From Myxococcota bacterium (lineage in GTDB: Bacteria; Myxococcota_A; UBA9160; UBA6930), in contig OZ245002.1 of the NCBI GenBank assembly GCA_965223415.1, positions 2,336,001-2,400,000 of the forward strand: a stretch of DNA of 64,000 nucleotides, in the 5' to 3' direction. The position numbers and the translations under genes were made by a program. Positions 56,717 through 64,000 of the stretch are shown here, piece after piece (the stretch's first letter is position 1; every line of letters starts with the position of its first letter). The notes beneath the pieces were generated by a model. The model saw nothing but the letters and a program-made list of their open reading frames with translations. It did not search any database and was not told where the DNA came from.

Positions 56717-58285
56717 CTAGACGATCGCCCGATCGTGGCCTTCCCAGTACGGGTCGCGGAGCTTCCGCTTGTAGAGCTTGCCGTTCGGGTCGCGGGGCAT
56801 CTCGGTGGTGAAGTCGATCGAGCGCGGCCACTTCTGCTTGGCCATGCGGTCCTGGTAGTAGGCGACGATGTCGTCCTTCACCGCGTCCGAGGGCTCGGTT
56901 CCGGGCATCAGCTCGATCACCGCCTTGATCTCCTCGCCGGTGTCCTCGTTGGGCACGCCGAAGACCGCCACGTCCTGCACCTTCTCGTGCTGCTGGATCA
57001 CGCCCTCGATCTCGGCCGGGTAGATGTTCACCCCGCCGGCGATGATCATGTCGTTCGCCCGGTCGTTCAGGAAGAGGTAGCCGTCCTCGTTGAAGTAGCC
57101 GATGTCGCCGACGGTGAAGAAGCCCTTCATGCGGGCCTTGTCTGTCTTCGCGTCGTCCTTGTAGTACTTGAACTCGTTACCGCCCATGCGCATGTAGATC
57201 GTGCCGCTCGCGCCGGTGGGCATCTCGTTGCCGTCGTCGTCGAAGATCACGACCTCGGAGTTGGGCCAGGCCTTGCCGACGGTGCCCGGGTACTTGCGCC
57301 ACTCCTCGGGCGAGACGATCGTGCCGCCGCCCTCGGTGGCCGCGTAGTACTCCCAGATCACGTCGCCCCACCAGTCGAACATCTTCCACTTGGTTTCGAC
57401 CGGGCACGGCGCCGCGGCGTGGATCATCGTGCGCAGGGACGAGACGTCGTACTTCGCGCGGACCTCGTCCGGCAGCTTCAGCAGCCGGTTGAACATGGTC
57501 GGGACCATGTGCGAGTAGGTGACCTCGTACTTCTCGATGCGCTCGAGCGCGCCCTCCGGCGTCCACCTGCCCATCAGGACCACCGGGTGGCCCCAGTGCA
57601 GCGCCGTGATCGTCCAGTTGTTCACCGCCGTGTGGTAGAGCGGCGCCTGGGTGATCTCGACGTGGCCGTCGTGGGGCTGGATGCCGAACAGCAGGAACAG
57701 CATCCCGGCCATCTTGGCCATGTCGTCGGGGTGGGCTTCGGGCAGGTCGCGGCGCACGCCCTTGGGCCGGCCGGTGGTGCCCGAGGTGTAGAACATGAAG
57801 GAGCCGGCCTGGAGATCGTCGGGGCGGGTGCTCGGCTGGCTGGCGGTCAGCTCCGCGAGGGGCCGGAAGCCCGGCACGTCGCCGATCGCGAAGAGGCGCT
57901 GCGGGTCCAGGGTGCCCGCCTCGTCGACGGCGCGACGGGACTCGGCGGCGAATTGTTCGTGGGTGACGTAGATCTTCGTCTCGGCGTCCTGGAGGATGTA
58001 GGCGATCTCGGGCCCGACCAGGTGCCAGTTGATGGTCGTGATGTAGAGGCCGGTCTGGAAGGCCGCGAGGCCGAGGGCGACCTGCTCGATCGAGTTGGGC
58101 AGGGTGGTGGCGACGTGATCGCCGCGCTCGAGGCCCAGGGCGCGGAAGCCGTGGGAGATCCGGTTCACCAGCTCGAAGAGCTCGCCGAAGGTGATCTCCT
58201 TGTAGTCCGGATCGGCGATGGCGAGACGGTCCGGCTCTTCCTGGGCAATGGCCCAGAAGCCGGTGGTGGGGGAGGCGTCGCTCAC
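56717..58285 (-). CDS. acyl-CoA synthetase
   Basis: YTSGTTGRPKG, APLYHTA, YYAATEGG, GGVNIYPAEIE, GKLYKR. Confidence 0.95.
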   Translation of the reverse strand: MSDASPTTGFWAIAQEEPDRLAIADPDYKEITFGELFELVNRISHGFRALGLERGDHVATTLPNSIEQVALGLAAFQTGLYITTINWHLVGPEIAYILQDAETKIYVTHEQFAAESRRAVDEAGTLDPQRLFAIGDVPGFRPLAELTASQPSTRPDDLQAGSFMFYTSGTTGRPKGVRRDLPEAHPDDMAKMAGMLFLLFGIQPHDGHVEITQAPLYHTAVNNWTITALHWGHPVVLMGRWTPEGALERIEKYEVTYSHMVPTMFNRLLKLPDEVRAKYDVSSLRTMIHAAAPCPVETKWKMFDWWGDVIWEYYAATEGGGTIVSPEEWRKYPGTVGKAWPNSEVVIFDDDGNEMPTGASGTIYMRMGGNEFKYYKDDAKTDKARMKGFFTVGDIGYFNEDGYLFLNDRANDMIIAGGVNIYPAEIEGVIQQHEKVQDVAVFGVPNEDTGEEIKAVIELMPGTEPSDAVKDDIVAYYQDRMAKQKWPRSIDFTTEMPRDPNGKLYKRKLRDPYWEGHDRAIV

Positions 58286-58326
58286 GGGGTTCTCCTTGCG
58301 CTCGGTCGTCGCAGCGGCGGACGATG

Positions 58327-58749
58327 TTAGCGGGGCTCGAACGCCCGGTCCTCCTCCCAGTCCACGACCAGGAGACGCTCGGAGAACCGCCACGAGTCCT
58401 CCTTCTTCGTGAAGCGATCGCGGTAGCGGATCGCCATCGTGAAGATCCGCGGCGTTCCGTCCTTCTCGTAGCGATGCCGAGCCAGGCACGGCGTGACGCC
58501 GTGGGCCTCCTCGGAGCCGCCCTCGAGGCTCGGCAAGCCGACCAGGTGGTGGGTGGCGTCGTAGCGTTCGATCGTGCGGAATCCCCGCACGATCGCCTCG
58601 CGGCCCTGGAGGCGGGCGTTGCCGTACACGAGCACCGCATCCTCGTGGAAGAGGGTGCCGAGGCGGTCGTAGTCCCGGGCGTCCACGCCCCGGGCGTAGG
58701 CGGCGACGTGCTCCTGGATCGCCAGCCGGTCGTCGGGAGAGAGAGCCAT
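58327..58749 (-). CDS. SnoaL/NTF2-like protein
   Basis: DRLAIQE..YARGVD, THHL, YRDRF..WRF. Confidence 0.85.
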   Translation of the reverse strand: MALSPDDRLAIQEHVAAYARGVDARDYDRLGTLFHEDAVLVYGNARLQGREAIVRGFRTIERYDATHHLVGLPSLEGGSEEAHGVTPCLARHRYEKDGTPRIFTMAIRYRDRFTKKEDSWRFSERLLVVDWEEDRAFEPR

Positions 58750-58871
58750 CCGGCCGGGAAGGGTAGGGCATCCTCCGGGCGAGCCGGCCCCTCACCCTGC
58801 GGCGCTTCCCCGACATGGGCGCCTTCGTCGGCTGAGCTGGCCTACGTTCGGTGGGATCCGGAGGTATCGAC

Positions 58872-60095
58872 ATGACCGACATCATGCGCGGCATCCGCGT
58901 TCTCGAGGTGGCCCAGTGGTGGTTCGTTCCCGCCGCGGGCGCGCTCCTCGCCGATTGGGGCGCGGACGTCATCAAGGTGGAGCATCCCGAGGGCGGCGAT
59001 GGGCAGCGCGGGCTGATCGCTTCCGGCCTCGTCTCCGCCACCGGTGGCGTGAACTTCATGATGGAGCAGTCGAACCGGGGCAAGCGCAGCGTCGGCATCG
59101 ACATCGGGCATCCGGACGGACGCGAGCTGATCTACCGCCTCGCCGAGACCAGCGACGTGTTCCTGACGAACTTCCTGCCGCCGGCGCGCAAGAAGCTTGA
59201 GATCGACGTGGAGCACATCCGGGCGCGGAACCCGGAGATCATCTACGTGCGCGGCAGCGGGCAGGGCGTGCGCGGGCCCCACGCGGAGAAGGCCGGCTAC
59301 GACGCGGTCTCCTTCTGGGCCCGCGGCGGCATCGGCGACGCCCTCACCCGGCCCTTCGACGACGTGCCCGTCGGGCCCCGGGCCGCCTTCGGCGATTCGA
59401 TCGGCGCCATGACCATCGCCGGCGGCATCTCCGCGGCGCTCTTCCGTCGCGCCCAGCACGGAGAGACATCGGTGGTGGACGTCTCGCTGCTCTCGACGGC
59501 CATGTGGACCCTCGGCCCGGACCTCGTCGCCAGCAAGCTGATGGGCTTCGACAAGATGGGCGTGGGCATGGGCTCGAAGGACGCGGCTCCCCCGAACCCG
59601 GTCGTCAACTCCTATCAGACGAAGGACGATCGCTGGATCATGCTGAACCTGCTCCAGGCGGATCGCTGGTGGCCGGACTTCTGTCGGCACATCGACCGCC
59701 CGGAGCTCGTCTCCGACGATCGCTTCGCGGACATGAAGGCGCGCTTCGAGAACCGGGAGGCCTGCGTGCAGATCCTCCGCGAGGCGTTCCGCGAGCGGAC
59801 CTACGAGGAGTGGAAGCAGAAGCTCGATACGATGGAGGGCGCCTGGGCCCCGTGGCAGACCCCGAAGGAGGCCACGGAGGATCCCCAGACCCTCGCCAAC
59901 GGCTACATGCCCGAGGTGACCTCCGCCGACGGCAAGACCTTCCACCTCGTCGCCAACCCGATCCAGTTCGACGAGAACGCCCCCGCGCTCAGCCCCGCGC
60001 CCGAGCACGGCCAGCACACCGAAGAGGTGCTGATGGAGCTCGGGCTCGCCTGGGACGACATCGCCCGCCACAAGGAGACCGGCGCCGTTCTCTAG
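58872..60095 (+). CDS. class III CoA-transferase (CaiB/BaiF)
   Basis: LADWGADVIKVEHP, NRGKRS, TNFLP, AGYD, APEHGQHT. Confidence 0.95.
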   Translation: MTDIMRGIRVLEVAQWWFVPAAGALLADWGADVIKVEHPEGGDGQRGLIASGLVSATGGVNFMMEQSNRGKRSVGIDIGHPDGRELIYRLAETSDVFLTNFLPPARKKLEIDVEHIRARNPEIIYVRGSGQGVRGPHAEKAGYDAVSFWARGGIGDALTRPFDDVPVGPRAAFGDSIGAMTIAGGISAALFRRAQHGETSVVDVSLLSTAMWTLGPDLVASKLMGFDKMGVGMGSKDAAPPNPVVNSYQTKDDRWIMLNLLQADRWWPDFCRHIDRPELVSDDRFADMKARFENREACVQILREAFRERTYEEWKQKLDTMEGAWAPWQTPKEATEDPQTLANGYMPEVTSADGKTFHLVANPIQFDENAPALSPAPEHGQHTEEVLMELGLAWDDIARHKETGAVL

Positions 60096-60116
60096 ATGCA
60101 ACGCCCCCGGTTGCGT

Positions 60117-61460
60117 TCAGCTCTCGTCGGGGACGAAGTTGCCGTGGAAGCCGAAGGGGACGCGGGTGGGGAGGAGGATGGTGGCGATGGGACCGGCGGC
60201 GATGTGGGTGGCGTCGAGGACGACGACCTCCGAGCGGTTCTCGGCGGCGTCGTAGACGTAGGAGAGGAGCCAGCCCTCGTCCTCCGCCGCGTCGTCGCTC
60301 TTCGGGACGAAGACGGGCTCCATCGGGGCGCGTCCCGGACCGGCGACCCAGCTCTCGCAGCCGTTCTTCTCGAGGTCGTACTTCAGCAGCTCCCTGAAGT
60401 CGACGGCGCCTTCGCCCGCCTCAACGAAGCTGGCCGCGTAGCCGTAGCGCAGCGCACGGCCGACCCTTCGTTCGTCGTGGCGCGGGAACTCGACCTGGCG
60501 CTCGTCGAGGCGTTCTTCCTTGACGCTGCCCCCGGCCAGGTCGAAGGTCCACCGCGCCAGCACGGGGTTGCCTTCGGTGGGGCCGTTCCGGTTGCGATCG
60601 AACACACGCTCGTGTCGGACCGCGTCGAACACCACCTGGTCCGGGCCGACGTCGAAGGCGTTCAGGGGATGGAAGACGTAGCAGGAATCGATCTCGAACC
60701 ATCGCACCTCCTCGGCGGTGCCTTCGAGAGGCAGGAGGCCGATGCGCGCGCCGTACTCCGGATGCCAGGCGTAGGGGAAGCTCCCGCCCTGCTCCATCAC
60801 CTCCGGGTCGAAGATGCAGGGCAGGTCCATCAGCACGACGTGGCTCTCGGTGATGGCGGTATCGTGCACCATCGGGCCGCCGGGAACCGGAACCCCGACC
60901 GAGCGGCGTACCCGGCCGTCGGCGCCGACGACCACATGCTTGATGTGGTCCCACTCCCAGTAGTAGGTCACGGCGTGGAGCTCGCCGGTCGCCGGGTCCT
61001 TCTTCGGGTGGGCGGTGAAGCTGCCCTGGAGCGTGCCGCCGAAATCGCTGCGCGCGACGGTCTCCAGATCTTCGGTCAGCTCCACCGGCAGGCCACCGGC
61101 CTCGACGATTGCCCAGGTCTTGCCGGCGTGACCGATCACGTTGGTGTTGGCGGTGTTGCCGCCGGTACCGTGACGCGGGCCGGGGACCTCCGGCCAGCCC
61201 TTGGCCTCGCACACGCCGTCGTCGCGCACGTAGCGGTTCCGGTACCACTCGGCACGGCCGTCGCGCAGCCGCAGCCCGTGCACCATGCCGTTGCCGGTAA
61301 ACCAGTGGTAGGGCTCGGCCGGCGCGACCGGGTTCGGGCCGATGCGCAGGAGCCGCCCGTTCAGCTCGCGGGGCAGCTCGCCTCGTACCGGAAGATCGGT
61401 GACGGTGAGCTCCTCCTCGAGGGGAGCGAAGTTGCCGGAGAGAAACGGAGAGCTGGTCAT
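60117..61460 (-). CDS. carotenoid/stilbenoid cleavage oxygenase (RPE65 family)
   Basis: RIGPNP, HWFTGNGM, FTAHPK, MVHD, YVFH, EPVFVP, RVPFGFHG. Confidence 0.95.
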   Translation of the reverse strand: MTSSPFLSGNFAPLEEELTVTDLPVRGELPRELNGRLLRIGPNPVAPAEPYHWFTGNGMVHGLRLRDGRAEWYRNRYVRDDGVCEAKGWPEVPGPRHGTGGNTANTNVIGHAGKTWAIVEAGGLPVELTEDLETVARSDFGGTLQGSFTAHPKKDPATGELHAVTYYWEWDHIKHVVVGADGRVRRSVGVPVPGGPMVHDTAITESHVVLMDLPCIFDPEVMEQGGSFPYAWHPEYGARIGLLPLEGTAEEVRWFEIDSCYVFHPLNAFDVGPDQVVFDAVRHERVFDRNRNGPTEGNPVLARWTFDLAGGSVKEERLDERQVEFPRHDERRVGRALRYGYAASFVEAGEGAVDFRELLKYDLEKNGCESWVAGPGRAPMEPVFVPKSDDAAEDEGWLLSYVYDAAENRSEVVVLDATHIAAGPIATILLPTRVPFGFHGNFVPDES

Positions 61461-62101
61461 GTCGTCGGTCCTCGAAGGGTGACGCCGAGGTCGTCGGCGG
61501 GGTGTGTTCGGGCGCCGCGGATGAGTGAGCTGAGCAGGGGCGGGAGGAGATCCCCGAGCTCGGGGCCCATCACGAGCTTGCCGGCCAGGTGGAGCGAGAC
61601 GAGGCCGTGGGTCGCGCTCCAGAGCAGGTGCGCGAGCACCTCGGGATCGCCCTCGAGCTCGCCGGCGCGGACGGCTTCCTCGACCGCGCGGGAGAGCGGA
61701 TGCCAGGCGCGCAGCTCGCCCTCGCGTACGTCCGGGTAGCCGTCGGGGCATGGCTGGGAGAGCGAGAATTGGAGTCGATAGGCGTCGGGCCGCTCGAGGG
61801 CGAAGGCTACGTACGCCCGGCCGAGGGCCGCGAGGCGTTCGAGCGGCGACTGGCCCGGGAGGATCGCCGCCTCCTGGGCCTCGGCGAACTCGCGGTAGGC
61901 AGCCGCGCGCACGGCGGCGAAGATCTCGTCCCGATCGCGGAAGTAGCGGTACGGGGTCATCGGGCTGCAGCCCATCTCGCGGGCGATGGCGCGCAGGGTG
62001 ACGCCGGCGTAGCCGTCCCGGACGAAGAGCCGGGTGGCGATCTCGACCAGCCGCTCCCGGAACGTCTGGATCTCTTCTTCGCTGAGCGCAGCTCGGCCCA
62101 T
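61457..62101 (-). CDS. TetR-family regulator (WHG-like)
   Basis: VTLRAIAREMGCSPMTPYRYF, LWSATHGLVSL. Confidence 0.9.
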   Translation of the reverse strand: MGRAALSEEEIQTFRERLVEIATRLFVRDGYAGVTLRAIAREMGCSPMTPYRYFRDRDEIFAAVRAAAYREFAEAQEAAILPGQSPLERLAALGRAYVAFALERPDAYRLQFSLSQPCPDGYPDVREGELRAWHPLSRAVEEAVRAGELEGDPEVLAHLLWSATHGLVSLHLAGKLVMGPELGDLLPPLLSSLIRGARTHPADDLGVTLRGPTT

Positions 62102-62165
62102 GGAGATGGGTTTACATCAAAAATTTTACGATGTCTACTCAAAGCTGAGATACCGTGCGCCGGCC

Positions 62166-63581
62166 ATGGCCCTGGTCTCGTACGCCGCCGCCTTCGCCGA
62201 GCTCGCCGCCGAGGCCCCGGACCGCCTGGCCCTGGTCTTCGAGGGCCGGGAGGTCCGCCGCGGCGAGCTCGATCGCCAGGCGAACCGGCTCGCCCGGTCC
62301 TTCGCCGAGCGCGGGGTCTGTGAGGGCGACCGCGTGGTGATCGCCCTCCCGAACTCGGTGGAGTTCGTGGCCGCGACCCTGGCGGTCTGGAAGCTCGGAG
62401 CCGTGCCCACGCCCGTCTCGTCCCGCCTGCCGGAGCGGGAGAGGCAGGAGATCGTCGCCCTGGCCGATCCGCGGCTGATGGTGGCGAAGGCGGAGGACGC
62501 CGTCCCTGCGGAGGGGCTCTCGGACGCGCCGCTTCCCGACCGCACGGCGCCCCATTCCCAGGCGATCGCGTCCGGCGGCAGCACCGGCCGGCCGAAGCTC
62601 ATCGTCGACGCGAACCCCGCCGCCTTCGATCCCGAGGCGGCCCACTACGGGGTCGGCGCCGGCACGGTGGTGCTCACGCCGGGCCCGCTCTTCCACACCG
62701 GGCCGTTCATCAACACCCGCGAGGCCCTGGTGCGCGGGGGCGTGGTCGTCCTCATGAGTCGCTTCGATCCCGAGGAGGCGCTCCGGCTGATCACCGAGCG
62801 CCGGGTGAACTGGGTGAATTTCGTGCCCACGATGCTTCACCGGATCTGGCGGCTGCCCGACGCGGTGAAGCAGGAGGCGGACCTCTCGTCGCTGCAGCGC
62901 GTCGTCTCGACCGGCGCCGCCTGCGCGGACTGGCTGATGCGCGCCTGGATCGAGTGGGTCGGGCCCGACCGCATGTTCGAGGCCTACGGCGGCACCGAGC
63001 GGATCGGCGGCACGTTGATCTCCGGCCGCGAGTGGCTCGAGCATCCCGGCTCCGTCGGGAAGCCCACCGGCGGCCGCCAGGTGCGGATCCTCGGCCCCGA
63101 CGGCGACGAGCTGCCTCCCGGCGAGGTCGGAGAGATCTTCATGCTGCCCCCCGGCGGGCAGGGCTCCACCTATCGCTACCTGGGCGCCCGGGCCAAGGCG
63201 ACCAGCGACGGCTGGGAGACGTTGGGCGATCTCGGCTACCTGGACGAGGACGGCTTCCTGTACCTGGTCGATCGCCGCACCGACATGATCGTGACCGGCG
63301 GCGAGAACGTGTACCCGGCCGAGGTGGAGGGCGCGATCGACGCGCACCCCGCCGTTCAGTCGAGCGCGGTGATCGGCCTGCCGGACGACGACCTGGGCGC
63401 CCGCATCCACGCCATCGTCGAGGCCGATCCGCCCGTGAGCGACGAGGCGCTGCGTGCCCACCTCGCCGAGCGCCTCGTCCGTTACAAGATCCCCCGCACC
63501 TTCGAGTTCGTGCAGGAGCCCCTCCGCGACGACGCCGGCAAGGTCCGCCGCTCCCGCCTCCGCGAAGAGCGCACAACTTAA
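62166..63581 (+). CDS. acyl-CoA ligase (bile-acid-CoA ligase-like)
   Basis: SGGSTGRPK, PGPLFH, YGGTE, TLGDLG, RDDAGKVRR. Confidence 0.9.
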   Translation: MALVSYAAAFAELAAEAPDRLALVFEGREVRRGELDRQANRLARSFAERGVCEGDRVVIALPNSVEFVAATLAVWKLGAVPTPVSSRLPERERQEIVALADPRLMVAKAEDAVPAEGLSDAPLPDRTAPHSQAIASGGSTGRPKLIVDANPAAFDPEAAHYGVGAGTVVLTPGPLFHTGPFINTREALVRGGVVVLMSRFDPEEALRLITERRVNWVNFVPTMLHRIWRLPDAVKQEADLSSLQRVVSTGAACADWLMRAWIEWVGPDRMFEAYGGTERIGGTLISGREWLEHPGSVGKPTGGRQVRILGPDGDELPPGEVGEIFMLPPGGQGSTYRYLGARAKATSDGWETLGDLGYLDEDGFLYLVDRRTDMIVTGGENVYPAEVEGAIDAHPAVQSSAVIGLPDDDLGARIHAIVEADPPVSDEALRAHLAERLVRYKIPRTFEFVQEPLRDDAGKVRRSRLREERTT

Positions 63582-63608
63582 CAAACGGAACCGGCCCCTA
63601 ACTTAACA
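63573..63608. repeat. 36-bp dispersed repeat, copy C
   Basis: ACAACTTAACAAACGGAACCGGCCCCTAACTTAACA; contains the stops of both convergent genes. Confidence 0.9.
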
Positions 63609-64000
63609 GGAAGTCGACGATGTGGGGGTTGGCTTTGGGGTCCTGGACGAGGAAGAGGTGGCCGCCTTCGAAGACGGCGAGCTCGGCGCCGGGGATCTGG
63701 GAGGCGATGGCTTCGCTGTTGGCGAGGGGGGCGATGCCGTCGTAGCGGCCGGCGCAGATGAGGGTGGGCATCGCCAGGGTGGGGAGCCGGTCGTAGACGT
63801 CGTGGTGTCGGCGCGCCTCGAGCTGGCGGGCGGCACCCTCGGCGCGGCCCGGCTCGCCGGCGCCGACGGTGGCGCGCTTCGCCATCATCGCCAGGACGTT
63901 CTCGAAGGCTTCCGGGTTCGCGGCGCGCCAGGCCGCGTCCATGCGCGTGTCGGCGAGCTCGAGGCCGTGGAGCGCGCGTTCGTCGTCGGGAAGCGACTGG
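63598..64000 (-). CDS. alpha/beta hydrolase, C-terminal part (5' end outside the window)
   Basis: PTLICAGRYDGIAP...FEGGHLF catalytic Asp/His motifs. Confidence 0.85.
   Translation of the reverse strand, partial: QSLPDDERALHGLELADTRMDAAWRAANPEAFENVLAMMAKRATVGAGEPGRAEGAARQLEARRHHDVYDRLPTLAMPTLICAGRYDGIAPLANSEAIASQIPGAELAVFEGGHLFLVQDPKANPHIVDFLLS

Noticed and set aside
1..64000. KstR-type operators, tRNA/rRNA, prophage or defence genes
   Set aside because: None recognised by eye; a motif or covariance-model scan was not possible.

Overview
High-GC (~70% by eye) chromosomal window from a diderm bacterium: mtgA, a TolC/CusB/CusA efflux system and a PEP-CTERM remnant are present. A Myxococcota/deltaproteobacteria-like origin is an inference only. 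Most of the window is dense lipid/steroid/aromatic catabolism: several acyl-CoA ligases, a paired acyl-CoA dehydrogenase, an EchA19-like hydratase, two P450s, a KshA-like Rieske oxygenase, an HsaA-like monooxygenase, SDRs, class III CoA-transferases, thiolase/DUF35 modules, an F420-type LLM oxidoreductase and a carotenoid oxygenase. An AT-richer accessory island (~22.5-29.9 kb) holds an IS481 remnant, a secreted protein, an SpvB/RHS-type gene cut by an intact IS21, a PEP-CTERM remnant, a hydrolase and a CPBP protease. A CsoR-boxed cusCBA cluster lies at 49.5-56 kb. The most unusual signal is a dispersed non-coding repeat family sharing TAAG-N3/4-GGGGCC(A/G)G. It has two perfect 72-74 bp hairpins with compensatory changes (16869-16942, 37171-37242) and three 36-bp elements (3495, 12656, 63573). 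These sit at gene 3' ends and supply stop codons. One coincides with a truncated gene, one has lost its stop and fuses two genes, and they are flanked by strong G-depletion on the strand running into them. No CRISPR array, rRNA or tRNA was seen.
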